Below, piece by piece: positions 37,161 through 52,592 of a DNA stretch of 64,000 nucleotides. Origin of the DNA: Chrysomallon squamiferum (Eukaryota; Animalia; Mollusca); the NCBI GenBank assembly GCA_012295275.1, contig CM022669.1:10230001-10294000 (forward strand), in the 5' to 3' direction. The translations under genes and the position numbers were made by a program. A model generated the notes under the pieces. The model saw only the letters and a list, made by a program, of their open reading frames with translations. It searched no databases and had not been told where the DNA came from. The stretch's first letter is position 1; every line of letters starts with the position of its first letter.

Positions 37161-38426
37161 CTAAATCTTAAATTGTGACTCTATTTATTTGTCAAGCAGA
37201 ATCTAGGATTCAAGATAACAAGTTTCTAACTTTCACTTCCCAATGGTTTTACTTCTCAGTGTTGTTTACTGCATCTGTCATCACTGCCAAATCTTGAAGC
37301 TGATGTATTTTTAAATATTTATTTTATTTTGATAAATAAAGCAAATATATTTTGATATATAAATTTATATCATTTTAATAGAGAAAGTGCATGTATTTTG
37401 ATACATAAAACAAATTTATTTTAATAATTATAACATATTTGTTAAATAAATATAATAATAAAGTGGCTTTCAAAAGCAAAAAAAAAAAAAAAAAAAAAAA
37501 TGAAATAAAAATATTAAATAAATAAATAAAGTTTTAATAACTGAAGCAAAGTAATTTATTTGTCACAATTAAAACAATCATTTCAAAAACATATTTCTGT
37601 TAAAAAAAAAAAAAAAAACAGAAAAGAAAAAAAAGCAACAAACCAAACATTTTAATAAACAAAATGATAAATAATAAAATAAATTTCTGCATGTAAAACA
37701 AATACATTTCAATAAATGAACATATAAAATAAACATATTTCAATCAATAAAACAAACTTATTAACAAACAAAACAAACACATTTTAACAAATACACCAAA
37801 CACATAAAATAAACATACTTCAATCAATACAGTAAACGACTAAAACACGACATTTTTTCAAAGAGCGGCCTGTCGCCATGTACGTAATTATTGCAACATG
37901 GCTATTTAACCGGTTTACAAAGCTGCAGATTACATCAAACCGCCGGTAGAACATGATGATGTCTGTCAGACATGTGACATGGGTAGGATATATATACAAA
38001 TAAACAGTTTTATTCTTCCTCTTACTCGCTTTTCGGTCAAGTAGTGCTTCCCAGAGGTCTTCAAACTGACGCCAGTCGGACAAAAAGTAAACACGTTATT
38101 TATAAATTTTATTTTCATGGTTTCAAACCACAGTTTTTATGCTGCCTTTGCTGGAGGCAGTTTTTATCTAATTGTAATTTTGCCTTAGGCAAAGTTATCC
38201 TTTTTTTTTTTTCTTTCATTTTTTAGGTTTTATTTTGGCCATTGTTATCGCTAATTTTAAAGTGTCTGGGATCAATACAGAGAGGTTTTCAAATGTTTTA
38301 CATCCACCACACACTGCCTCCCTCAGAATTTTAGAGGATCTTAGCAATTATCCCTCCCCCTCGTTCTAAAACTTGACACAGTTTTGCAGAGTTACTCCTT
38401 AATTTAAAATATTTTTGAAATTAAGC

Positions 38427-38467
<41 letters not shown>

Positions 38468-39147
38468 GAGCTTAATATCTTACCTTTTTATTATTAATAA
38501 TTATTACACATAGAGTATATTTTATTTTATTTTGTTTTATTTTATTTTTAATTTTATTTTTTTATAATTTTATATTGTCATATTTTATTTTATTTTATTT
38601 TATTTTATTTTATTTTATTTATATAATAATTATGTGAAAACAATATGCTAACACAAAAAGAAGAAAAAAAAGAAATGTTATTTATTAATTAGAAATTGTT
38701 ATATGGAGGACAGTATTCTAACGAGGTTATTATGAATGAATTATAAGTTATTATTTAGAAAACATTATTCTCATAACTAACTAAAACTTGTTATTTAGAA
38801 AACATTATTCTAATAATAAGTTATTACAAATTAATTAAACGTTACTGGATTATACAGAACATCGTGCTAGTAAGACCGTGACTTAAATATAATTATTTTT
38901 TTTTTTTTTTTATTACATGCCTGAACTAACAGAACTGTCAGTGTGTTTTGTCTTTCCATTGTTCTGTCTCATAAATATTACCTGTACAGATCAGGTGAGA
39001 GAAATGACTTGTTCAGACTAGTTACAGTCACCTGAAGAGGTCACTGCTGTTAGGAAACAGCTACTGTCTGATGACCTTATAAGGTCAATGAATTTAGATT
39101 GTGTTATTCAGTCTTGAACAGTCCCTGAAGTCTAGTTCTCTGGAGAT

Positions 39148-39186
<39 letters not shown>

Positions 39187-39314
39187 CTATTTTGTTCATG
39201 ATAAGCCTTCTTCATTTTCTGATGTTGTTTTTGCCCATAATAAGTATGCTTGGTTCTCTGAATGTTTTTTTTATTATTATTATTTTTTTCACTATTTATT
39301 TTTTATTTAGTGGT

Positions 39315-39391
<77 letters not shown>

Positions 39392-39887
39392 TTTTATATA
39401 ATTTTTTTTTTTTTTATTTTTTTTTTTTTTGTCTTTGTTGTTGTTATTGTTGGCTATATGAAGCAGCAGTGAATATCTTTCAAGCAGAATATCCTTCAAA
39501 ATTTTGGTTTTGTAATTGTTTAATTAGGTCTGCATTGGATTTCAAATCAAGTCAACCATCTGAAACATGCTTTTATCCATTTAATTGAACAACTTTAACA
39601 ATTAATAATGAATAAATGCTATATCATTGTTCAGTGAATTTTTGTAAATATCAGACATTATAAGTTATTTTAAACTGTTGACAGTATTATTTTATTTATG
39701 AATATTTAAATAGTATCTTGTAGTTTGTATGAATATCAAATAAGTATAAAGAGAGGTGTTAGGAAACACTGAAAGAGAATGTATTTTAATCTGATGTTAG
39801 GGAATACTTGGAAACAGTAGAGAGATTTTAATATGGTATTAGGGAATTCAAGTAATCAGTGGACACATTTTATTATGATATTAGGGA

Positions 39888-40762
39888 GTTTTAACCTGGT
39901 ATTATTAGGAATCAGTAGAAATATATTTTAACCTGGTATTATTGGGAATCGGTAGAAACATATTTTAATCTGGAATTAGGGAATTCAAAGATCAATAAAA
40001 ACATTTTAATATTATATTAGGGAATTTTAACCTGATATTATTGGGAATCAGTAGAAACATATTTTAATCTGGTATTATTGGGAATCAGTAGAAACATATT
40101 TTAACCTGATATTATTAGGAATCAGCAGAAACATATTTTAACCTGGTATTATTAGGAATCAGTAGAAATATATTTTAACCTGGTATTATTGGGAATCAGT
40201 AGAAACATATTTTAATCTGGAATTTTCAAAATCAATAAAAACATTTTAATATGATATTAGGGAATTTTAACCTGATATTATTGGGAATCAGCAGAAACAT
40301 ATTTTAACCTGGTATTATTGGGAATCAGTAGAAACATATTTTAACCTGATATTATTAGGAATCGGTAGAAACATATTTTAACCTGATATTATTAGGAATC
40401 AGCAGAATCATATTTTAACCTGATATTATTAGGAATCAGTAAAAAATATTTTAACCTGGTATTATTAGGAATCAGTAGAAACATATTTTAACCTGGTATT
40501 ATTGGGAATCAGTAGAAACATATTTTAACCTGGTATTATTGGGAATCAGTAGAAACATATTTTAACCTGGTATTATTGGGAATCAGTAGAAACATATTTT
40601 AACCTGGTATTATTAGGAATCAGTAGAAACATATTTTAACCTGATATTATTAGGAATCAGTAGAAACATATTTTAACATGGTATTATTGGGAATCAGTAG
40701 AAACATATTTTTAACCTGGTATTATTGGGAATCAGTAGAAACATATTTTTAACCTGATATTA
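39888..40762. repeat. 37-bp minisatellite, about 20 copies
   Basis: Unit TTTTAACCTGGTATTATTGGGAATCAGTAGAAACATA repeated head-to-tail without spacers; more diverged copies extend upstream to about 39750. Confidence 0.95.
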
Positions 40763-41307
40763 GTGAAAGCTTGGCAGTCAATAGACAGAAGAACATTCTG
40801 ACAGAAATGGTCCGTTCAGACGATATATAAAAACACTAATTATTGCCAACTTCCAGACCAATTCTTGACCATTTGCTTCCATTCTGAGTGAGACAGCCAT
40901 TACAAAGAGTACATTAGGCAGTGCATTACACGTTATTTTCTAACCAAATTGAGCCAGTTTGTCAGAGCTCAGAAAAGCCGTGCACTATTTCTTTTTCATA
41001 AATAATTTTCAGCGGTGGATTTCCTTCAAAGAAATGTCTGAAAGCGTTTTGCTTTGCAAGTATTCCAGTCACTTGGTTTGCTCAGCGAGGGCTATTTCTC
41101 ACCTGAATGAGTAAAATCAATGAATCGTAGAGACTGATGGACTGTACAGACAGAGCTAGAAACGGAGAGGCAGCAAGAAAATAAACTGCAGTATGGTGGT
41201 TAATGTGCCGACCTAACATGTGACAGGCTGTGGGTTCAGTTCTCGTTACACGCTACATTTTTTATTTTTGTTTTAATTTTATTATTTATTTATTTACATC
41301 TTCTTCT

Positions 41308-41340
41308 TATTATTATTATTATTATCATCATCATCTTTAT

Positions 41341-41397
<57 letters not shown>

Positions 41398-41412
41398 AAC
41401 TACTACTACTAC

Positions 41413-41454
<42 letters not shown>

Positions 41455-41514
41455 TACTACTACTACTACTACTACTACCACTACTACTTTTAATACTACA
41501 ACTAATATTATTCA

Positions 41515-41569
<55 letters not shown>

Positions 41570-41756
41570 TTTATTTAAAAAACAATTTCAGATTTTTGTG
41601 GTTAATAAATTAGCAGGTTAATAGACAGAAGTCAGGTCTGAAGCATGTTGAAGCTTTGGTTCAGTTTTCTCTCGTTCTTGTTGTTAATTCATGTTCCATT
41701 TTCAAGTATATCCATAAATAACACAAATGATTAAAGAACAGTGTGGCGTCCATGTT

Positions 41757-41845
<89 letters not shown>
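41308..41845. repeat. (TAT)n/(TAC)n and (CT)n microsatellites
   Basis: Directly visible; representative of dozens of other simple repeats across the window. Confidence 0.95.
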
Positions 41846-41851
<6 letters not shown>

Positions 41852-42684
41852 ATAATGTAGTTTAAAATTAGAAAGATAAAGAAGATGTAGACTGAAAAAA
41901 AGAAACGAAACATTAACAAAACACATACACACAGATACATAAACCAACAACACACACACACACACACACAGACATGCACACACACATTCTATTTCTTTTC
42001 TGCACGAAAGAACAAATCAGATTTAGTTATTCAAGTAAATCTGTAACAGAAAAATAAAAATAAAGAAAAAAAATATCTGTATGAGTGTTAAATAACATTG
42101 ATATATTCATTGACTTTCTGATCAATAGAGCTGTACAATAAATAGCATGCAGTGGTTTTTTTTTTTATAATCCACAGTCATAAACATGATATATTTACGT
42201 GTGTTTATAATATATATTTGGTGTATTGATAATCTATCATTACAACACTTGAATGAAAACACTTGTCTAAATATAACAGAGACTGCTATTCTTGGTAGCA
42301 AATACTCAACACTGGCTGATAAGCTGCTATTCCAAGGTTCAGATTAACATGCTTTTCGGTTTAAGGGGGTCAGGGGAAAACCGGAAAGGGGTTGAGATGT
42401 AATCGGTTGTTTAGGTTTGTTGAGATTACAGGGAAATCTTGACACCCCAGTGAGTGAAGCATGTAATCTGCGAATCGAGAAACTTCAAGTGAGGTCATAC
42501 AGGGATTTTCAGGTCAATTCTTTGTTTTGTTAATATTTGTATGCTTGTAGTAGAATCTCGAACACTTCTTCACTTGGCAGTTTTGTACTGAAGACAGATA
42601 GAAAGGTAAAACGGTCCTGCTTTTTATGATTCTTGTTATTTCACATAATATTAATAATAATAATAATAATAATAATATATTATA

Positions 42685-42715
<31 letters not shown>

Positions 42716-42727
42716 GTATGTATGTGT

Positions 42728-42762
<35 letters not shown>

Positions 42763-44756
42763 CTCTTATTTTAATACTTTATGTGTGTATACACACACAC
42801 ATACATGTCCTTTAAAATAATGTTTTAGCAGCAATTTATTTTTATTTTACTTTTTTATTATTTATTTTTTAATTTTTATTATTGAATACTTTTCATATTA
42901 TTATTGTTTTTTATTATTATTTTATTTTTATTTAATTGTTTTTACATATATCTATTTTTTTTTTTATTATTATTATTTTTTTTTTAATCTAAATAACCAC
43001 AATATCTTAACTTTTCACTAAAGCTATCAAACAGAAATAATAAACTGTATTTAGAAAAAAATTTTAATATTATTAATTTCTATGAAAAAAAAAAAAAATA
43101 TCCAAAAAGTTAAACATACACCCGTGAAAAAAAGTATATATATATATATTTATATGCTGTTGAAAAATAATTATAATTTAATACTGTAATAAGATTTCTT
43201 TTTGCAGTGGTTAAGGTAATTTACTCCAAAGCTATGAAAATGTCTGCAAGAATTTAGATAGGCTGTTAATATTTAACTATCTGCTTTTCATTGTTGCACC
43301 ATGGCACTTAATAAAATACGATATCCTATTAACATTAAAACAGCCTGAAAATAACCATAATTCAATCTTTATTGGTAATTTTTTTTTTTTTTTTTTTTTT
43401 ATATATATCTTTTATTTTAGATTTTATGTGAAATGTGTTTTTGTTTAGTTCAGCAATTTGTTTATTTATTCGCTAGCTCATGTTCTTCTTCTTATTATTA
43501 TTATTACTGTTGTTGCTCTAGTTGTTCGTGGTTAATTGAGTATGGGTTTTATTTTTATTATTACCACTACTGTTGTTGCTGTTGCTGCTGCTGCTAAACC
43601 TCTTCAGTTATCATTATCAATATTATTATTATTATTATTATTATCATCATCATCAGCAGCAGCAGCAGCAGCACCATTGTTACTACTACAACTCTAGCAA
43701 AGAATATGTTTCTTAACTATTTTTTTATTTTTTTATTATTATAAATGTGTGTGTGTGTGTATAAATATATATATATATATATATATACAAATAGTAATAA
43801 TACTGTACTATATATAAAAATTGTTTTTTAAAAAATAAAAAATCCCTTTTTCTACTTAATAATACTACTTACTGTTACAGAAACAAAGGAATTTTGTATA
43901 TAAGTATCTTCCTGGACATAGACACACAGTAAGCATAAGGAACAGTCTGGCTTGGGTAATAATATTAATGGGGACATCTGAGACCAGCATTATGAGCAGT
44001 GATGTACAATGTGTCAAAAACACACCCTTTCTGAATCAGCTCCTGTTAATGATTTGCTGAATAACATGTCCCTTCAAACAGAAATACTAAAAAAAAAAAG
44101 CTTAATTTGTTAATTTTAAAATGTATTTAGTTTTCTGGTCTTTATTCACAGATCATAATTTTTTTTTATGTTCAGTTTTATAATCCTTATTTATGGTAAA
44201 ATTTAGTTTTATAGTCTTTATTCATGATAAAATAGAGTTCTAAATTATTTAATCATGGTAAGACATTTAATTCTATATTTTTTATTGATAGGTAATGCAT
44301 TCTTTATATTCCTTATCTATAGTAAAACATATTCAGTTTTATATATTCTTTATTCATAGTAAAATATGTTATTTTGCATTCTTTACTCATAGCAAAACAC
44401 ATTTAGCTTAGTATATTTTTCCATAGGGAGCTCTTTACTTTGAACTGAACTACAGTTTTACACTGGTTCATATTCACGACACTGCGCTCATTGTAAGAGA
44501 AACAAACGTTCGGATTACAATAGATAAAACAAAAGAATGTCACAGACATCATGTATATTTTATGTCTGTTGCCAAACAAAGTGTTTGTGCAATCAATTTC
44601 ATCAGCAGTCGATTTCAAAATAAAGAAGCATTCGTTTGTAAGAGGTTGATTAGGAAACTGTTCATGGGTGACTTATTTGTATCTTGAAAAACAAGCTCAA
44701 AAAAAAAATATTTTGACTCTGGGTTTTAACAGTTTATACCTTGTTTTCTTTGTAAC

Positions 44757-44800
<44 letters not shown>

Positions 44801-46594
44801 TTTTGAGAAGAAATCTTACTATAGCAATATATTGCTAGTATCAATACAATATTGTTTATTTGGCATGTAAAAAATCTAAAGCCATAACAATGTTTTTGAT
44901 ACTTACAATGAGGAGAGGTGGTTTGGAATGGGATATTGCTTAATGGTTCAGTTGATGCATTTCTAATATGCAACAAACATGCCTAATAACAACAATAATA
45001 GTAACAACAACAAAAATTATAACAATAATAATAATAATAGTAATAATATCAATGATAATGATATTAATAATGATGATGATGATGATGATACCCTGATAAT
45101 TTCATTAACCATAGTTATGATGATATTGAAATTACAGCAAGGACTCTAAACATAATTAATATTTGAAGTAAAAACAAAAACACAAAACACAAAAACAAAC
45201 CCAAATAAATTACTTGTTAAATAAATTGTTTATGAAAGAACACAACAACACAAGTAATGACATTGTCAGTATTAAGAAAAGACAAAATACAAATGTATTC
45301 AAATGAGCATTTTAAAAACCAAAACCAAAACCAAAAAAAAATAAAGTTTTAAACAAAGTTCAAAAGAATCTGTCACAGTCATGTTAAGTCTCGTTAAAAT
45401 GAGATTCCATCGTTTAGCAAAGATTTGGTTTTTTCATCTCAGCAGTATTTTCTGTTTAGTCAATTCTCATATCCGACAAATGAGAGAGAGAGAGAGAGGC
45501 GGAAAGCTTTGACTTGTGGACAGATGGAGGTCTGTTATCTGTGTGTACATGTGTCCGTTTGTGTTTGGAGAGAGCAACGAGAGAAATGGCGAACTCTTCC
45601 ATTTTCTTCGTTTGACGAGAGACGTTTTATTTTGTAAAACACTGAAGTCCACTGTCTCTGTCTAACCCCCAACTAATCCCAAATCAAATACCTTGTCACC
45701 TCAGGCTATGTGGTGTTACTCTGAAACCTCTTTACATATTTATTTATTTTTTAATGTTTTTTTCTCTTCTATATTGGTCAGTTATCCTGGTACAAACCCA
45801 TTAGAGAGTTGAACAACTGTCCCCAGGCGGAATTAACAGTGTTTGACCCAACAGTTCATGATGACCAAGTTTTTTTTTAAAATTTATTTTAGTTTTTTTT
45901 TTTATTCTTATGAAATGTTAACTTATACATGTAAGAGGAAGTTCTTTTATTTTACTTATAAATAAGTATATATATATGTGTGTACTGTTCATAAGTACAT
46001 ACATAGTACACACATATGCTCATGCATACATAGATACCCATACATGTATACATGCAAACATACATACATGTACATATATATATATATATATATATAAACA
46101 CATATATACAAACATACACACAAACTCACACTTATACACATACACACAAACAAAATACACATACAAACACATACACACACAAATTAATAAATAAACTAAA
46201 ATATTAATGCAATATTATATTCACTTTATCCAACCATAAACTGCTTTCATTAAATGTTTCTACAAATTATCTACATGTATATATCTCAAGATTCTAAATA
46301 TATTTATTTAAAAAAAAAAATCTACACTGTCTTTACCTTCAAAATGCCTTCTTTAAACACCTTTACAAATTAACTGCATGCTAAGTTAGAAACTGATCTT
46401 TATCTTTATGTAACAAATCAGGTTTGTAAAAATATTTTAAATATTTGGTGCTGCTTTTTTTTTAATATGTTTACAGTTAATAAAATGTTTTATAGCACAC
46501 ATTGTGAAAAAAAGAATTTATGTAATAGGGTAAAGTATAAATATATATATGTGTGTGTGTGTGTATGTATATATATATATATATGTGTGTGTAT

Positions 46595-46631
<37 letters not shown>

Positions 46632-46892
46632 AGTTTCATATGTCTGTTATCAGATTTCACTCTGGTTATTTAAAAACAGGTTATGTGAGAAAAAATACAC
46701 ACATACATAATGCATGATCAGGGTGTGGCTCAAAACAAGTGATTATCCCAAAACACAAATATGTAACTCATGGGTTATGCATGGGTTATGAAATATTTAA
46801 TATATGATGTAAATGATACAATTTTTGGTTGCTGTTATTTATTCATTTATTTTATTTTTTTATTTTAATTTATTTACTTGTTTTATTTTATT

Positions 46893-46946
<54 letters not shown>

Positions 46947-47109
46947 TAATCTTGGTATTTAATCTGGGTATTTTAACATTATTTCTTTTTTTTTTTTTTA
47001 TGTTTGATCTCATTTTGTTTCATTTGTGTTTAGGTTTTTGTTTATTTTATTTTATTTCAATTTATTCTTATGTTACTCAATGTTATTTTTTTGTATATTT
47101 ACCACTTAA

Positions 47110-47520
47110 TTTGCATTATACTACACTGCATTATGATTCTCTGTATTCAACTGCTCTATACTTACATCACATAACACTATATTGCATTACTTCACACTGA
47201 ATTACATTACAGTGTGTTAAATCACATTAAATTACATTGTATTACATAACATTACATTGTAAAGCATTACACTGTATTACATTAAACTATATTACACTGC
47301 ATTACACTACTGTGTTAAATTACATTACATTACATTGTATTGCACTTTATTACATTGTGTTACACTGCATTACATTCGATTATATTACACTCTACTATAC
47401 TACATTACATTTCATTACTCTACATTATACTGCTTTATATGGCAATATATTACATTACATTGTATTGCACAAATTACATTGCATTACATTATATTACATT
47501 ATACTGCATTAATTTACATT
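47110..47520. repeat. Degenerate pentanucleotide (TTACA)n satellite
   Basis: ttacattacactgcattac... periodicity; produces spurious YITLH ORFs. Confidence 0.85.
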
Positions 47521-49101
47521 ATTTGTTTATATTTTTTAATTTATTTTTAACATTTGAGAGACCAGGGTATCTAACACTCAAACCTTCATAAATAACATAG
47601 ATTACAATAATACAGCCTTTAGAGTTGAAAAATAAAGGCTTTATTCACTGTGTTTTAAACATAATTTTTACATATATATATATATATGAATTTTTTTTTT
47701 AAAAAAAAAAAAACACATACATCAGAAAATCTGTTGTTGTGTTTAACACATCAGAAAACAGGGATACTGAGAGACTAAACAAACCACAAGGGCGTTCACT
47801 AGACTAGATTAGCTTGTCTTGTTTAGGCAGTGAGAATGTCACACAGTGTGTATTAACCTACCAGTTCAAACCACAATGAAACAGTTTTAATCACCATCTG
47901 AGCAAAAAAAAAAAAAAAAAAAAAAAAAATTCATTAAAAATCCACTAAAGAAACATGTAAATTTTGGGAATGGTGGGGGTGGATTTGTTGAGAAGGTATT
48001 CAGACAATTTTGTTGTAAAACCAAAGACATCAAATAAAGAATTTTGTTTAATGTTGTTTTTTTTTTTTTTTTTTTGTGGAACATTTTGTTTCAGAGGTTT
48101 TGTCTATACAAGCATGCATAAATAATTAAATGTGTGTTTGTAAGTTTCTGTTTATTTATAATTACATATTTATGTGTATGTGTGTTTTATCTATCTGTGT
48201 ATGTATGTGTATTTGTGAAAATGTGCACATATCTAATTTTTATGTATCTGTTAACTGATCTCATCAAACAATACATTTTATGTATTCCTTTTCTTTACCA
48301 ACGTTATATAATGTGTGAAAATCTTAATTAAAAACACTCTGGTGAACTCTGTAAGGAGCTAGGTACATCTGATTTAGTAACAGCCCATAAATTATTACTC
48401 GGTAAACCCCAATCAGGCCTCACAGTTATTAGCCTTAAGGTATATGGTGGGTGTTTGTTTGTTCCCCTTGGATGGCTTGCACCCTCTGAACTGCCACTAC
48501 TGAATGTCATGTGGATAGTGCCAAGTCACCCACTCTCTCAAATATGAGCTTCTGTCAACCTATGACAGGCTGAGGTTCTGTTTAGCCAGTTCTGATTGTA
48601 ACATTGAGGAACAAATTCACTGGAACTTTCTACATCATTCTACAGTGATTTTCTTCAGTGATGTTGCCAAGAAATGGATGACAGTGGAGGTTTGACTTGT
48701 AGCTTACCTATGCAAGCCACAGGATAGGTTACATTTCAGAAACTGGAAAAAAGGGGGAAACACAGAGAAGGAAAAAATATTTAAAAAATAGTTTGGATAA
48801 TGTACACTGGTATTTTTTGATGCACAACTTTCTGAATGAATTTCATAAACACCACAGAGATAAACAGTTTGATTTGGTTGTCACGGCAACAGCATCTTTG
48901 ACCATCCCAACTGCCATAGCAAAAACAGTTATGATGACATTTCATTTCAGATGGCAGTTTCACGCACAAAGAAGTCTACAGACGTCAGTTGAAGATATTT
49001 TCTTATTCATTTCAAATTACAGTTCATAAACTGAATGAATGTGTAAGTATGTTCTTAAAATATTTATTATTTTATGACAACCTATATTATCACTTTATTA
49101 T

Positions 49102-49153
<52 letters not shown>

Positions 49154-49698
49154 CTGTGTATTTATAAAGTTTATACATGTATTTTTGGATAAAACCTGCT
49201 ATTCTTTATATCAGTGAACTAAGTGTAAATGTATACTCATTAAAAACACATACACACATGCAGGCACACAAACTTTATATATATATATATATATATTATT
49301 GCAACATGTGTACTTTGATTTGTAATAAGTTTAAGAAAGTTAAATTAAATGTTAGTGCAAGATAACACTGTTTGTTTCTTTTTCTTGTGAGATAAAGGAA
49401 AATAAGAACAAATAATAAAGACCTTTTCTCTGCATTTACTGTCCAACTCTTGAATGTCCACTTTGGTCATCAGTTCAGTCATCTCTAAATAACAAGCCAT
49501 TTAAAACATGCACATAACATTTGAGCATACACGTGATGATATATAATTAATTAAACACAGCCATCCATCCATATGAATGTTAGTGTAAAATCCCAATAAA
49601 GAGGATGAAGATGGGCTGCAGTTATCTTCTGTCTCTTCTGTAAGCCTTGGGATGAACTGTATCATACCCATGTTAGCACACACACACACACACATTTT

Positions 49699-49771
<73 letters not shown>

Positions 49772-50159
49772 TGTAGATATATGCTACATACAATCAGGGC
49801 AATGATAGCCAATCAGTTAACTGATTTTAAGTGTTTGTTATAGACAGGTCATAATACAAAGATAAAAAATACGGAAAACACAACAGTATGTATAAAACTG
49901 AACTCTCTGATTCTGATAAAATGTTAGTGGGCTGCTAGGTGTACATTCTAATTATCACGAAGGCTGGATTTATTTTTCACCTGGTACTAATTAATTACTA
50001 AGATGATCACATGATACTGTAATAGCAGTTTTTCATCACACGCATATTGCTATTCTTTACGTGATCAAAATAAGTATAACTATATATGCACAGACACTCA
50101 CACCTCACTCATATTTATATGCAGAATGTAATCTTATATATATAAGAGTTTGTCATTTA

Positions 50160-50620
50160 ATATGGATATGAGAAATGATACTTAGAATGTGCGAAATGAT
50201 ATGATTAGGATGTAAGAGATGATATAACAAATGATATAACAAATGATATAATAATGATCAGAGAGGTGATATAATAAGGATATGAGAAGTGATGTGAATA
50301 GGATTTGAAAAGTGATATAAAAATACAAGACAAATTATAATTAGGATTTAAGAGATTATATAATTATGATATGAAAAATGATATGATAAGGATGTGAGAA
50401 ATTACATAGTTAGGATTTGAGAGGTGATATAATAATGATGTAAGAAATGATATAATAAGGATTTGACAAATGATATACTTAGAATACGAGAGCTGTTACA
50501 ATGATATAATAAGGATATGACAAATGATATAATTAGGCTTTGAGAGGTGATATAATAATGATATAAAAAATGATATAATGTGACAAATGATATAAGAAGT
50601 GATATAATAAGTATTAAATG
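50160..50620. repeat. Degenerate tandem repeat of about 20-24 bp
   Basis: Recurrent gagaaatgatataataaggat motif. Confidence 0.75.
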
Positions 50621-51845
50621 CGACTTGTATAATAACTAAAGTATGATAAATGCTATTATGGTAAGATAGCAGGGCGTTATACAAATGTCACATATTTGAA
50701 TACAAATAAATAAAACTTCTACCCAAGACGTCTGCCACAGTATGTGCCATTTTGGCAAGTCTGGCAACGTTGTGTATGAGGCTGATGCCCCAATCAATGG
50801 CATTGGCATGCACGGCCGATGTCTCAGGTGTTGTGGAGTGCAGGAAAAAGCCGTTGTTTGTTCTGCCTCTGCTCATATCGCCATGGGAGACAATACCTCT
50901 TACATAATCCTCGGCTTAACCCAAGTTTGAGTATATTTGAGTAGGAAATGGCAAAAATTTCTCACATTCTGAAACATTATTTACCCACAATGCAAGACAT
51001 GTATCTGCCATTTTTTTTTCCCCATCATTCCAAGAGTTTCTGCAGCCATGTTGGAAGGAACTGGTTTTGTTGAGATGCTATTGTAAACAAGTGTTTGTTT
51101 GTTTATTGTTTGTTTCTTTTTTTTTTTTTTTTTTTTTTTGTATTTTATTTTATTTTATTGTGTTCTGTTAGCATAAAATAATAAAAATAAAATGATTTTT
51201 AAATAAATGTAAATAAGTAAATTTAAAATGTTAATGTTTTGTTTTATTTTGTTTTGTTTTGTTTTGTTTCGTTTCGTTTTGTTTTGTTTTGTTTTGTTTT
51301 ATTTTATTTTATTTTAATTTACTTTCTTTTATTTTATTTTATTTTATTTTATTTTATTTTATTTTAATTTATTTTATTCTATTTTATTCTATTTTATTTT
51401 ATTTTGTCATTTATGTTTCTTTTTAAATTTCTTTATTATTATTTAAAAAAAATATATATATATTTTTTTTATTAAATTTCATTTTTATTCTTTTTTCTCT
51501 TTTCTAACTTCACTGATTTTATTATGTAACTGATATATCTCTTGCTTTATTCTCTTTTTATTTGTATTATTCTTATTATAATTATCCTAGTGTATTTTTT
51601 TTTCTGTTAGAAGTTTTCATGAAATCATAATTTAAATACATGCATACTTTTTGAAAACAGTAATTATTAGGAAGCTTTAAAAAGAACATCTTTCTAAAGA
51701 ACAAAGGTAATATTTGATGTAAACCATTGGTGGAATAAAAACAATAATAATCCTGTTTTACTGTGTTGTTGGCAAAGTGTTATTACATATTTTTATGTTT
51801 CTATTGAAAGTGGGTAAACAGTCTTAACAGTTTAATCCAGGCTTC

Positions 51846-51883
<38 letters not shown>

Positions 51884-52189
51884 TATGTATTTCTCCTTTT
51901 TTCTTCTTTTATTTCTTACCTTTCTCTTTTTTTTTTTTTTTTTAAATATTTATTTATTACTTCTTTCTTTTTTTTTCCATTCCTTTTCATTCTTTCTTTT
52001 GTTCATTTATTATTTCCTTCATCTGTTGGAATTTTTGGTATTTTTCCTCTTCTTTTTTTATAATTTTTAGAATGTATTTATCTTCATTTATCATTCTCTC
52101 TCTCTCTTTATTTGTCTCTTTATATCTCCTCATTCTTGCTTCAGCTCTCTGTTTCTCCGTCTCCCTCTATTTCATTATCTTCCTCTCAT

Positions 52190-52274
52190 ATTCTCTCTCT
52201 CTCTCTGTCTCACACACATATTTTTTCTCTCTCTCTCTCTCTTTCACTCTCTCTCTCTGTCTATATCTATGTCT

Positions 52275-52369
<95 letters not shown>

Positions 52370-52435
52370 ACTCTCTCTGTCTCTCTGTCTATGTCTCAGT
52401 CTCTCTGTGTCACACACACACACACACACACACAC
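52190..52435. repeat. (CT)n and (CA)n microsatellite block
   Basis: Directly visible. Confidence 0.95.
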
Positions 52436-52556
52436 ATTTTCTTACTCTCTATCTCTCTCTCATCCTCTCTCTCACACACAATCTCATTCATTTTATTATT
52501 TTAATTTTTTTTTCACCTCTTCATCCACCAGTAATCTTGCAAAGCCAGTTCAGCAG

Positions 52557-52592
<36 letters not shown>

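Noticed and set aside
39888-40762. 37-bp repeats of CRISPR-like length
   Set aside because: Units are directly adjacent with no unique spacers, there are no cas genes, and the context is eukaryotic. It is a minisatellite.
41185-41255. tRNA-like segment (gcagtatggtggttaatgtg...gtgggttcagttctcg)
   Set aside because: It has A/B-box-like remnants but no closable cloverleaf. At most it is a decayed tRNA-derived SINE head.
48328-50930. Non-repetitive short ORFs (48328..48510, 48793..49029, 50742..50930) as exons of the third gene
   Set aside because: No recognisable motifs and no convincing acceptor/donor pair in a consistent frame. A BLASTX search would be needed to exclude them fully.
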